From the NCBI GenBank assembly GCA_963741945.1, contig CAVUKA010000001.1, forward strand, positions 160,001 to 224,000: a stretch of 64,000 nucleotides of DNA, written 5' to 3'. This stretch comes from an uncultured Gemmatimonadales bacterium (lineage in GTDB: Bacteria; Gemmatimonadota; Gemmatimonadetes; Longimicrobiales; RSA9). How positions within the stretch are numbered: the stretch's first letter is position 1; each line of letters begins with the position of its first letter. The translations under genes were made by a program, and so were the position numbers. The notes beneath the pieces are model-generated. The model ran no database searches. It was not told the DNA's origin and worked only from the letters and a program-made list of their open reading frames with translations. This document shows, one piece after another, positions 1 through 9,652 of this stretch.

Positions 1-1664
1 CCGATCACCACCCGGCCGACGGTCAGGTGGAACGTCCCGGCCGTGAAGCCGGCGCTCATGATCCACTGCCAGGTGGTCACAGGCGATCCCGTCAGCCCCC
101 AGACGTCCAGGAGGATGAGCACGCCGACCAGAGCGAGCACGACCCGGCCGATCAGGATCAGCCGCTGCGCCAGCAGCACGCCCGCCCGGTGCAGCAGCGA
201 ACCCGTGGCGTCCAGGCGCTTGAACGTGGTGGAGGAAGCCCCCATCATGGCAAAGCCCAGCGTCACCGTGTACGCCACCGCACCGCTCATGACGGTCACG
301 TGCAGCGTCCACCGGGCCAGCGCGTCGAGTCCCAGGATCAAACAGGCCAGCACCACGACCCACACGGCCGCACCCATGAGAAGCGGCCACTTTCGAGCCG
401 GTTCACCGCCCCCCGCCCCGGGCTCCTCGCGCACCACCGGAAGCCGACGGAACGCCAGCAGCAGGAAGAGTGGGATGGCCATTGCGGCCACCAGGGCCAG
501 GCCCACGCGGAAGACCGGCTCGGGAAGCTGGCCCACTTCCAGGAGCAGGAACGCCGGGTAGAAGGCCGCGGCCAGGTAGATCATGAGGCGGACGGCCCGG
601 GCCTCGAAGAGGCGTCGGCCCAGGATCGCGGCGGTCGCCCCGAAGACGGCCCACAGCAGGACATCCCAGAGGGGCGGTGCCAGCGTGATACGGCCCATGG
701 CGGCCAGCGCGGAAACGAAAAGGCCCATGGCCCAGGGATGTTCGAGGAGCCCCGACCACTCGGTGGCCTCCGCCCGACCGGCCATCCGCCGGCCAAACCG
801 CACCGTCGCTCCGACGAGCAACGCCAGGAGCGCGTGGAACAACAGCATGCCCGCGTTGTCCCGTGCGAACGCCCGATACGCGTCCAGCTCGATGCCGGCA
901 GCGGGATCCCACGCGCGCCAACCTCCCTCGCGGAGCTGCGCCCGATGCTCAGCCGAGAAGAGAACCGGCTCCCCCCACGCGAGCAGGGCCTGCCGGCGCC
1001 GTGCCTGGATGGCGGTGATCGTGTCGCCCAGCTCGCGGATCCGCTCTCGCAGCGCCTCCACTCGACCCTGGAGCGCCATCGGGGCGGCCGCCGCGGCCGT
1101 CGCCGCCCGCAGCACCGAATCGATCCGATCGAGCGCGGCCCTCGCCTGCCCCGCCGACAGCGCCACCTCGGCCGCCGTCCCGTCGGCTTCCGCGCGCAAC
1201 GCCTCCAGCCGCGACCGCCACTGTTGCCGGCGGTCGGACCACTCCGCATCGAGGGCACCGAGCCGCTCCAGGCGGTCGACCAGGCGCCCACGGATGGTCT
1301 CGAGCCGCCCGTCCTCCAGCTGCGCCTGATCACGGAGTCGCGAAAGACGCTCCAGCCTCACGAAATCCGCGCTCGTCATGGCGTCGAACAGCGCCCGCAG
1401 CTCACCGTGGCGACGCTCCGCCGCTGCGACGTCCGCCGTCAGCTCCGCCATGGCCCCCAGGTTCAGGACCCTCTGCTCGGCCTGCGCCGCCGAGTCCGCC
1501 AGGACCTGAGCGCCGGCGGCGATCTGGAACGAGCTCGGTGGACCGGGCGCTTCCCCCTGCTCCTGGACCGCACTGCTCCCGGGGACCCCCTGCCCCAGCG
1601 CGGGAGCGGTCCCCAGCGCCGAGCCGATCAGGATCAGGACGGTTGTCCAGCCGGTTGATTTCAT
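1..1664 (-). CDS. Large MscS/MscK-like mechanosensitive channel protein (runs off the window edge)
   Basis: Not in the ORF track because it has no stop in the window. ATG at 1664 (MKSTGWTTVLILIGSALG, signal-like), then a helical periplasmic region and many TM helices, ending at the edge with LDVWGLT...GFTAGTFHLTVGRVVI, which typically precedes an MscS core. The 27..1658 + ORF is its antisense shadow. Confidence 0.6.
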   Translation of the reverse strand, partial: MKSTGWTTVLILIGSALGTAPALGQGVPGSSAVQEQGEAPGPPSSFQIAAGAQVLADSAAQAEQRVLNLGAMAELTADVAAAERRHGELRALFDAMTSADFVRLERLSRLRDQAQLEDGRLETIRGRLVDRLERLGALDAEWSDRRQQWRSRLEALRAEADGTAAEVALSAGQARAALDRIDSVLRAATAAAAAPMALQGRVEALRERIRELGDTITAIQARRRQALLAWGEPVLFSAEHRAQLREGGWRAWDPAAGIELDAYRAFARDNAGMLLFHALLALLVGATVRFGRRMAGRAEATEWSGLLEHPWAMGLFVSALAAMGRITLAPPLWDVLLWAVFGATAAILGRRLFEARAVRLMIYLAAAFYPAFLLLEVGQLPEPVFRVGLALVAAMAIPLFLLLAFRRLPVVREEPGAGGGEPARKWPLLMGAAVWVVVLACLILGLDALARWTLHVTVMSGAVAYTVTLGFAMMGASSTTFKRLDATGSLLHRAGVLLAQRLILIGRVVLALVGVLILLDVWGLTGSPVTTWQWIMSAGFTAGTFHLTVGRVVI

Positions 1665-1719
1665 CGGCGGTCGATCTCCGGCTCCGCTCGTCGCCTCCTC
1701 GATCGAGGCCAGGTCTGAA

Positions 1720-2037
1720 TCACGGAACGGGCATGGGCAGCGTGACGGAATATGGAACGTCCAGCTCCTTCAGGGCGGCCTCGATCCGGCGGGTGATGTC
1801 CGGGTCCATCTCGGGGGTGTCACTCACCACGAGCAGGTGCGTGACCTGGTTCTCCAGGACCAGGCGGGCGGCCCACTTGCGGTCTTCCCGGGCGGCCCCA
1901 CCGTTCGCTTCGTCCAGCAGTGCGCGGATCGCTTGCATCCGGCGCACCGCGTGGGGCGGCAACAGCTCGTAGGCATAGGCCCAGAGCGGTGCATCCGGGA
2001 CTTGCTTCCCACTCCGATCATTCGTCGGTCCATCCAT
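1720..2037 (-). CDS. Hypothetical protein
   Basis: GAGGAG RBS before MDGPTND; globular composition (WAYAYELLPP...HLLVVSDTPE). Confidence 0.6.
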   Translation of the reverse strand: MDGPTNDRSGKQVPDAPLWAYAYELLPPHAVRRMQAIRALLDEANGGAAREDRKWAARLVLENQVTHLLVVSDTPEMDPDITRRIEAALKELDVPYSVTLPMPVP

Positions 2038-2236
2038 CCTTCCACTCCTCGGGCGCGACATCGATCCTGCGCCCATTCTCCCGATCACAGACAGCGGTCC
2101 ACCGCGCCGGAGGCGCCGCGACGCGCCGGGAAACGCTCGCCCTGGATCGACGGTAGCGAACGGACCCGGCAGCGGTATCGCCCGATCAGGGCACCTCCCG
2201 CCGCCGGGTCCGCCCGGTGGACCGGGCCGGTTCCGC

Positions 2237-2644
2237 CTACTGGAGGTACCACCAGAGACCGAGGATGCCGACTGCGCCGCCCCCGATCATGATGATGGTT
2301 CCGGCGTCACCTCCGATCACGGCGCCGGCCACCATGGCCGTGGCGCCCACGATCATCATGGCGACATCGCGCGACTGGCGACCCTCGATGGCGTCGGCCA
2401 GCGCCGCGTTCGCGGACCGCGTCTGGCCGACCTCCGCCTGGCCCGACCGGACGGTGAGAGCCGCCCATGCGGCGGTGGGGCCGGGCACGACCGAGGAGGT
2501 CGCGGGGGCCACGGCCGTCACTGCGGGCCCGGCCGCGGACCAGGGACCGGCCTGCTGGCCCGCGACCGGAGTGGCCAGGAAGGACAGCGGTGCCAGGAGA
2601 AGGGCAGCGAAGTAGAGAAGCGGTCTTTTCATTGAGACGTGCAT
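2237..2644 (-). CDS. Hypothetical exported/membrane protein with a C-terminal Gly-rich hairpin
   Basis: Signal-like N-terminus; C-terminal MIVGATAMVAGAVIGGDAGTIIMIGGGAVGILGLWWY. Confidence 0.6.
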   Translation of the reverse strand: MHVSMKRPLLYFAALLLAPLSFLATPVAGQQAGPWSAAGPAVTAVAPATSSVVPGPTAAWAALTVRSGQAEVGQTRSANAALADAIEGRQSRDVAMMIVGATAMVAGAVIGGDAGTIIMIGGGAVGILGLWWYLQ

Positions 2645-2739
2645 TCGTGCTCCAGGGTCCGAGGTGACTGTCGATGCGGTTCGAGTCCGGCCGGCGAGCC
2701 GACGGAGTATCATGCGCCGGATGCGTCGGCCGGCTCGCG

Positions 2740-3372
2740 CTACCTCACGGCGAAGATCGCGACTTCGATGCGCCGGTTCTGGCTGCGACCGTCGACCGTC
2801 TCGTTGGTCGCGATGGGCTCGTTTTCGCCGCTTCCGACCGCGCTGATGCGCGAAGCCGCTACGCCATTGGCCGCGATGAAGTCCGCTGCCGTCCGCGCTC
2901 GCCGTTCCGACAACCCCTGGTTGTACGACGACTCCCCGTCCGAATCGGTGTGTCCGACCACGACCGTCCGGGTGTTCGGGTACTTGACGAGACTCGCAGC
3001 GAAGCGGCGCAGGTTCTCGCGCGCGCCCGTGCCGAGCTGATCGGAATCGAAGCCGAAGAGCAGCCCCTCAGGGAACGTCACAGCGATGCCCTCGCCGATG
3101 CGCTGGACCTGGGCGCCGGGGAGGTCGTACGCCAGCTCCTTGGCGTGCTGGTCCATCTGGTGGCCGATCACCGCGCCCGCGGTGCCGCCCACCACGGCCC
3201 CGATGATCGCGCCACGAACCGTCGAGCCCGTGTTGTTGCCCACCACGGCCCCGGCCGCGCCACCCGCGCCCGCGCCGATCACTGCCCCCTTGGCTTTGCT
3301 GCTCCAGGCGCAGCCGGAAGCCAGCATGAGGACAATGGCCCCGAGAGTGAAGCCGAAAGACAAGCGCTTCAT
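2740..3372 (-). CDS. OmpA-family lipoprotein (YiaD-like)
   Basis: Lipobox LASGC, glycine-zipper helices, OmpA motifs GHTDSDG, NQGLSERRA, NRRIE. Confidence 0.92.
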   Translation of the reverse strand: MKRLSFGFTLGAIVLMLASGCAWSSKAKGAVIGAGAGGAAGAVVGNNTGSTVRGAIIGAVVGGTAGAVIGHQMDQHAKELAYDLPGAQVQRIGEGIAVTFPEGLLFGFDSDQLGTGARENLRRFAASLVKYPNTRTVVVGHTDSDGESSYNQGLSERRARTAADFIAANGVAASRISAVGSGENEPIATNETVDGRSQNRRIEVAIFAVR

Positions 3373-3635
3373 GGCCAGTCCTCCACGGTTCTGCGTGTCT
3401 CGTCCTTCCGATAATGTGGTTCTCACCTGTTTATCCCGCCGATCTGCATGAGTGTTCGTGTGCCTGTCCCTGTTGCAATCTCCCGGAAGGAAGACGGGAG
3501 GACCATCCCTCGAATGGGGTAGATGCTGCGATTCCGCGATCCCGAGAGCTGCGGGACCTGGCGGTGCACCGCGCAGAGGATCGGGCGCGATGGGCTACGG
3601 GATGTCCGCCGGCCGGACCTGCGCGGGAGGGAGCC

Positions 3636-4562
3636 TCAATCCCGGAGTGGCACCAGCAGGACGGGGGAGGAGACGCGCGGCACGACGGCGGCGGCGAAGC
3701 TGCCCGACAGCACGCCGGGCACGCCGGCGTGCCCGTGAGTCGCGATGACCAGCAGACCGACGGCCTGGCGGGCCATCACGTCCAGCGTCTCCTGCGTGGC
3801 GCTGCCGCGCCGTACCTCCGTGCTCGCTTCGACGCCCTCGGCGCGCAACGTCTCCAGGAGCGAGTCCATGTAGCGGCGCATGTCCTGCGCCTCCATCTCC
3901 AGCACGTCCGCAGTGGCGGATGGCGCGAAGATCGCCGGTGCGCCGCGCTCGGGCGGCAGACTCGTGCGAGTGGGGACGACCGTCAGGAGATGCAGCCGGG
4001 CGCCACACTTCCGGGCGAGCATCGTCGTCAGCGGCAGCGCGCCGGGGCCGTGGACCACCGGGTCGAGCGCCACGATCCAGTGACCGCAGTCCAGCCCCGA
4101 CGCCGGTCCCTCCGGGCGCACCACCAGCACGGGACGGGTCGTGAGCCGCAGCGTCTGTTGCGCGATGCTCCCCAGCAGCAGGTCCCGCAAGCCGCCCGAG
4201 CCGTGCGTGCAGAGCAGGATGAGCCCCACCGCGAGCTCATCAGCGTGCTGCGCGATGCCCGCGGCGACATCGCCGATGGCGGGCTCGTGCACGTGCGCCA
4301 CCACGCGCACGCCTCGCCGACGCAGCCCCTCCGCCACGACATCCAGGTAGCGTGTCGCGTCATGCGGCCGGTGCAGGTGCGGCTGGCCGTGCACGTGCGT
4401 GGGCGCGCCACGCTCCACAACGTGCAGGAGCGCCAGCTCGGCATCGAGCAGCCCGGCCAGCTCTTCCGCGAGCGCCAGGGGGGTCTCCGCCAGGGCGGAG
4501 CCATCCAGTGGGACGAGGATGCGGTCCACGCGCGCGTTCCCCAGAGCGTCCGTCTCGATCAT
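3636..4562 (-). CDS. Universal stress protein (tandem USP domains)
   Basis: RILVPLDGS...THGSGG...LLGSIAQQ...PVLVV, with a second similar domain; ATGA overlap with the mntH stop. Confidence 0.9.
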   Translation of the reverse strand: MIETDALGNARVDRILVPLDGSALAETPLALAEELAGLLDAELALLHVVERGAPTHVHGQPHLHRPHDATRYLDVVAEGLRRRGVRVVAHVHEPAIGDVAAGIAQHADELAVGLILLCTHGSGGLRDLLLGSIAQQTLRLTTRPVLVVRPEGPASGLDCGHWIVALDPVVHGPGALPLTTMLARKCGARLHLLTVVPTRTSLPPERGAPAIFAPSATADVLEMEAQDMRRYMDSLLETLRAEGVEASTEVRRGSATQETLDVMARQAVGLLVIATHGHAGVPGVLSGSFAAAVVPRVSSPVLLVPLRD

Positions 4563-5896
4563 GGGCCGGCTCCTGTGAAGATCCGGAACAGAAGGTACAA
4601 GTTGAGCGCGATGATCCCGGTGGCGACGAACCAGGCCACGGCCGTGGTCCAGCGATGGTTCACCAGCACACCCATCAGCTCGCCTCGGCGCGTGAACTGC
4701 ACCAGCGGCACCAGCGCGAAGGGGATGCCGAAGGACAGCACGACCTGGCTTAGCACCAGGGTCCGTGTAGGATCGAGCCCCATGGCGATGACGACGATGG
4801 CCGGCGCCATGGTGACCAGCCGCCGCACCCAGATCGGCACGTGCCAGTGCAGGAATCCCTGCATGATGACCTGACCGGCCATGGTCCCGACCGTCGACGA
4901 GGACAGCCCCGCGGCCAGGAGCGAGATAGCGAACACCACGCTCGCCAGCGGACCCAGCAGCGGCGTGAGCGTTCGGTACGCTTCCTCGATGGATGCCACC
5001 TGTGTCAGCCCCGCCTGGTGGAACGTCGCCGCTGCCATGACCAGCATCGCGCCATTGATCAGCCCGGCCAACCCCATGGCGACCGTCACGTCCACGAGCT
5101 GAAACCGGAACAGACGCCGCTTCTGCTCCGCACTCGTGGTGCGGATGCGGTTCTGCGTCAGCGACGAGTGCAGGAAGATGACGTGCGGCATCACCGTCGC
5201 TCCCAGGATGCCCACCGCGAGCAGCACGCTCTCCGTGCCCTGGAACCGCGGCGTGACGGCGCTGGAAAAGAGAGCGCCCCAGTCGGGCCACTCCAGCAAC
5301 GTCTCGACGAGGTAGGAGAGGGCAATGACGCCCACCATCACGGTGATCACCGCCTCGATCGGGCGGAACCCGTAGCGCTGCAGCCCCAGGATCAGAAACG
5401 TGGCGACACCCGTGAGCAGGGCCGCGGGCAGAAGCGGGATGCCGAAGAGCAGGTTGAAGCCGATGGACGCGCCGAGGAATTCCGCCAGGTCCGTGGCAAT
5501 GGCCACCATCTCCGAGACCACCCACATCCCCCAGACCACCGGCCGCGGATACTCGTCCCGGCACACCTCTGCCAGGTTCCGGCCCGTGGCAATCCCGAGC
5601 TTGGCCGAAAGCGTCTGGATCAGCATGGCCGTCACGTTGCTCGCCACGATGACCCACAGCAGCGTGTAGCCGAACGCGGCGCCCGCCTGGATGTTGGTGG
5701 CGAAGTTGCCCGGATCGACATACGCCACCGAGGCGACGAACGCCGGGCCGAGGAACGGCAGCAGCCTCACGTACCACGGCCCACGACCTTCCCCCCGCAG
5801 CACAGCCGATGCCCCGCCCGGGCCGGAGGCGGCCACGTCCTCATTGCCCGGTGCGGCTGCGGCGTCCGCCACACCCTCGCCCTCCGCCGCGCTCAC
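4559..5896 (-). CDS. mntH: Nramp-family divalent metal (Mn2+) transporter
   Basis: AYVDPGNFATN and GATVMPHVIFLHS signatures; GGAGAG RBS before GTG. Confidence 0.95.
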   Translation of the reverse strand: MSAAEGEGVADAAAAPGNEDVAASGPGGASAVLRGEGRGPWYVRLLPFLGPAFVASVAYVDPGNFATNIQAGAAFGYTLLWVIVASNVTAMLIQTLSAKLGIATGRNLAEVCRDEYPRPVVWGMWVVSEMVAIATDLAEFLGASIGFNLLFGIPLLPAALLTGVATFLILGLQRYGFRPIEAVITVMVGVIALSYLVETLLEWPDWGALFSSAVTPRFQGTESVLLAVGILGATVMPHVIFLHSSLTQNRIRTTSAEQKRRLFRFQLVDVTVAMGLAGLINGAMLVMAAATFHQAGLTQVASIEEAYRTLTPLLGPLASVVFAISLLAAGLSSSTVGTMAGQVIMQGFLHWHVPIWVRRLVTMAPAIVVIAMGLDPTRTLVLSQVVLSFGIPFALVPLVQFTRRGELMGVLVNHRWTTAVAWFVATGIIALNLYLLFRIFTGAGP

Positions 5897-6223
5897 GACG
5901 TCATCTCTCCCGCGGACTGCCGGCGGGACCCCACATCCGCGACGCGCATGCGCCTACGATAGCGCCCCACCAGCGTGCAGGAAATCCCTCGAAGTGCGGC
6001 CGCGCCCGGCTCCCGAGCCGGCTTCCTCACCGGAACAGCTATTGCAGTTCGGCACCTCGCGAGCCCCTGCCGATTCCGCACGGTTTCGAAGGAGAACGGC
6101 ATGCCCCGGGATGAGCTCCTCTCCGCGGTCGTGATCGTGTGGAGCGTCGTGTCCCCCCTTCAGCTTCGCACTCCCCTGGGTTCGCGCCGCATGAGCCCGC
6201 TCCGGCGTCCCCGGTAGGGCGCG

Positions 6224-7507
6224 ATGTTCAATGTCGATCTCTCGCAGCTGGGCGTAACCGCGTGGGTCGTCAACGGTCTCGTCGTCCTCGCGACGCTCGC
6301 GCTGATCGCCGCGTTCGCCCGCCCGGAAGTGCGATCCTCGACGCTCTGGCGGGCGACGGTCACACCGCTCGCTTCCATCATCGGCAGCGGCTTCCTGGTG
6401 GTGGCACCGCTCCTCGGCTTCACCGTGGGGCACTGGGCCTTCGTCGCCATGGCCGGGATCGTCGGCCTCGCCTACCTCGTGGGCGGCGCCATCCGCTACA
6501 ACATCGCCCACGTCGAGGACATCACCGAGGCGGACGAGCCCGGCAAAGGCCTCGATCGCACGCTGCAGTGGCTGGGCCGCGGAGCGAAAGTGGCGCTGGC
6601 CATTGCCTACGTGATCGCGGTCACCTTCTATCTCGAGCTGCTCGGCGCGTTCGTGCTCCGCGTGGTGGACACGCGCAGCGTCTTCCTGCAGAAGACCATC
6701 GCCAGCGGCCTCATCGTCTTCATCGGCGGGTACGGTCTGTGGCGCGGACTCCGCTCGCTGGAGTCGCTGGAGAAGTACGCGGTGGAGACCAAGCTCTCCA
6801 TCATCGGCGGCTTTCTGCTCGGACTGGCGTTCTACAATGGCCAGCAGCTGGTCAACGGCAGCTGGCACCTGCCGCAGCTGTCCACCTCATGGAACGTGGA
6901 CACGATCCGGAAGCTGCTGGGCGCGTTCCTGATCGTGCAGGGATTCGAGACATCCCGGTATCTGAAAGGCGTGTACGAGCCGGAGCACCGGATCCGGACC
7001 ATGCGCTACGCGCAGCTGGCGGCCGCGGGGATCTACCTGGCGTTCGTCGGCCTCGCCACGGTGCTGCTGGGCGTGTTCGAGACCATGGAGGAGACCGGCA
7101 TCATCAACCTGTCGGAGCGGGTGGCGTTCACGCTGCCGATCCTGTTGAGCATCGGCGCGGTGATGAGCCAGTTCTCCGCGGCCGTGGCCGACACCATCGG
7201 CTCCGGCGGGTTGGTGGAGGAGGTGAGCAAGGGGAGGGTGGATCACCGGATCACGTACGCGGCGGTAGGCGCCCTCGCGCTGGGGCTTCTCTGGAGCTCG
7301 AACATCTTCGCGGTCATCGCATACGCCAGCCGCGCGTTCGCCCTCTACTACGCCCTGCAGTCAGCCATGGCAGCGCTGCACGCGTTCAGCCGTGGCCATG
7401 GCAGCCGCAAGCCGTGGAAGGCGACGCTGTTCGCAGTGCTCGCCGTGGTCATGCTGATCACCGCCATCTTCGGCATCCCGGCCGAGAGCGCCGGCAGTCA
7501 CGGCTGA
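6224..7507 (+). CDS. APC-superfamily-like membrane transporter
   Basis: About 11-12 TM helices; TM1 LASIIGSGFL and TM6 VQGFETS resemble APC-fold motifs. Confidence 0.7.
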   Translation: MFNVDLSQLGVTAWVVNGLVVLATLALIAAFARPEVRSSTLWRATVTPLASIIGSGFLVVAPLLGFTVGHWAFVAMAGIVGLAYLVGGAIRYNIAHVEDITEADEPGKGLDRTLQWLGRGAKVALAIAYVIAVTFYLELLGAFVLRVVDTRSVFLQKTIASGLIVFIGGYGLWRGLRSLESLEKYAVETKLSIIGGFLLGLAFYNGQQLVNGSWHLPQLSTSWNVDTIRKLLGAFLIVQGFETSRYLKGVYEPEHRIRTMRYAQLAAAGIYLAFVGLATVLLGVFETMEETGIINLSERVAFTLPILLSIGAVMSQFSAAVADTIGSGGLVEEVSKGRVDHRITYAAVGALALGLLWSSNIFAVIAYASRAFALYYALQSAMAALHAFSRGHGSRKPWKATLFAVLAVVMLITAIFGIPAESAGSHG

Positions 7508-7718
7508 GGCTCGTGGTGACGATGCCGGGCGGGTCGATGGCGTCCACTGCCGCACCAGCGCAGCGGTGCGGTCGGCGGCGAGCGCTTGCGACGTCGGCCT
7601 CGCCGGCGGCGCGGCCGTGCGGTGCGAGTCCGTGTCCGTGAGGTCCGCTCCCCAGCCCATCGCCTCGCAGGACCAGCAGGAAGCGATGCTCGTTCACCGG
7701 CTGAACGTGGACCGCGCG

Positions 7719-8732
7719 TCAGTCGTTTTCCGGCAGCGGCTTCTGCGCCAGGTACTCCGCCGTCCGGATCATCTGGGCGGTGTAGCCCCACTCGTTGTCG
7801 TACCAGGACATCACTTTCACCAGGTCGCCGCCCACCACCTGTGTCATCTCCAGGTCCACCACGGACGCCCGGGAGTCCTGGATGATATCCGACGAAACCA
7901 GTGGATCGTGCGCCGCGCCCAGAATCCCGCTGTACCGTTCACTCTGGGCTTCTTCCTCCAGAATCCCGTTGACCTCTTCGACCGACGTCTCTCGTTTCGC
8001 CTGGATCACGATGTCCGTGATCGAGCCCACCGGCACCGGCGCGCGCACGGCCACGCCATCGAACCGACCCGCAAGCCCGGGAAGCACCTTCGTGGTTGCC
8101 CTGGCCGCTCCCGTGGACGTCGGCACCAGATTCTGCGCCGCTGCGCGCCCCCGCCGCACCTTCTTGCTGGGGCCGTCCACGATCCCCTGGCTGGCCGTGT
8201 AGGCATGGATGGTGGTCATGGTCGACTTCGCCACGCCGATCTGTCGATCCAGGACCTCCATCACGGGCGCAATGCAGTTCGTCGTGCAGCTGGCGCACGT
8301 CACCATCCGGGCGTTGTCACTCGGCTTGTTCACGCCGAACACCACCCATTCCACGCCGTCCTCCTTCGCCGGGGCGGAGAGGATGGCCCGACCCGCACCG
8401 GCCTCCAGGTGCTTCCGGAGCCCTTCCCGGTTCGTGAACACACCCGTGCATTCGAACACGATGTCCACGCCGAGGTCGTCCCAGGGGAGCCGCGCCGGGT
8501 CCTTCTCGCTGAACATGCGCAGCTCTTCACCATCGATGGTGAGGTTGTCACCCGCCACGCTGACCCTTCTGCCATACCGGCCATAGACGGTGTCGTAGTT
8601 CAGCAGGTAGGCGAGGTTCTCCACCGGGATCAGATCGTTGGCCGCCACCAGCTCGATGGCGGGCGCCTCGATCACCATTTTCAACGTGGCCCGGCCGATC
8701 CGGCCGAGGCCGTTGATCGCTACGCGAGTCAT
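7719..8732 (-). CDS. gap: Type I glyceraldehyde-3-phosphate dehydrogenase
   Basis: RVAINGLGRIGR, active-site ASCTTNC, WYDNEWGY. Confidence 0.96.
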   Translation of the reverse strand: MTRVAINGLGRIGRATLKMVIEAPAIELVAANDLIPVENLAYLLNYDTVYGRYGRRVSVAGDNLTIDGEELRMFSEKDPARLPWDDLGVDIVFECTGVFTNREGLRKHLEAGAGRAILSAPAKEDGVEWVVFGVNKPSDNARMVTCASCTTNCIAPVMEVLDRQIGVAKSTMTTIHAYTASQGIVDGPSKKVRRGRAAAQNLVPTSTGAARATTKVLPGLAGRFDGVAVRAPVPVGSITDIVIQAKRETSVEEVNGILEEEAQSERYSGILGAAHDPLVSSDIIQDSRASVVDLEMTQVVGGDLVKVMSWYDNEWGYTAQMIRTAEYLAQKPLPEND

Positions 8733-8871
8733 TCGGTCCCTTTCTTCTTCGAGTGTGCGTTCATCGCTCGAGCGATGAGGTCCAGGTGCCGCCGCCCCGC
8801 TTGTTCGCCACAGCCGTATACGCGGCGTCGTGGAAGTCGTGTGGTCGTTGGCCACCTGCCAGCGGACGCGG

Positions 8872-9020
8872 CCACCAGCTCACGCCGCCATTGATCAGCA
8901 GCATGGCGAGGATGACGAAGAAATCCTCCCAGCGACCGCCCACGGCCGGGAGCAGGACCGCCGCCTCCAGCATCCACGGGATCGGACCCCAGAAGTAGGA
9001 GAAGAACTTTGGACGTCTGC
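8872..9020 (-). pseudogene. Remnant of a P3A-type plasma-membrane H+-ATPase (first TM hairpin only)
   Basis: KFFSYFWGPIPWMLEAAVLL...WEDFFVILAMLLINGGVSWW matches the M1-M2 region of this family; no DKTGT or other parts present. Confidence 0.75.
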
Positions 9021-9175
9021 GGTGTAGGGGCGTCAAGATGTGTCGCAGAATACGTTCCGTTTCGCGGACGACGCGTCGGCCTGAAGACACTGGCACCGGA
9101 TTTCCGTCTGCTGACCGCCCCCTGTCCGCGATCGACGCTGCCTGGCCGACACAGGCCATGACAGGAGAGGTGCGG

Positions 9176-9652
9176 ATGCCCGGGATGGCGACGCTCACAA
9201 TGAACCCGGCGGTGGACGCGTTCGCCACCGTGGACCGGGTGGTGCCCGACGAGACGCTCCGCTGCCGCGACACGCGGCAGGACGCCGGCGGAGGTGGCAT
9301 CAACGTGGCGCGCGCCATCCTGCACCTGGGCGGCAAGGCCACCGCCATGTTCCCCATGGGCGGCCCCGAGGGAGACCTCCTCGCCGGCCTGCTCGAGGAC
9401 GAGGGCGTTCGGGTCGCCCCCGTCCGGATCAGCGGCTCGACACGCGAGGATCTGACCCTGTACGAGTCCCAATCGGCGCGGCAGTTCCGAGCTGGCCAGG
9501 CGCGACGTGAGGGAGGATCCGGAGCAGGAGGGCGGTTCGGCGTCGTTGCCGGCGCCGCCGCCGTCATGACCCCGGGCACCGAGCTGTGCCGCCCGGAGGA
9601 CACCGAACGGCTTTTCGAACGTATCCGCGACTCGAATGGAGATGGATCATGA
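9176..9652 (+). pseudogene. 1-phosphofructokinase-family (PfkB) hexose kinase with an in-frame internal deletion
   Basis: N-terminus TLTMNPAVD...AGGGGINVARAI joined to C-terminus RFGVVAGAAAVMTPGTELC; only about 158 aa and the GAGD catalytic motif is missing. Confidence 0.8.

Noticed and set aside
27-1658. 543-aa plus-strand ORF
   Set aside because: Arg/Pro/His-rich antisense shadow of the minus-strand membrane protein.
5893-6102. 69-aa ORF upstream of mntH considered as a leader peptide
   Set aside because: No clear RBS or informative composition.
9091-9105. TGGCAC-N5-TTCC resembling a sigma-54 promoter
   Set aside because: The required -12 GC is absent.
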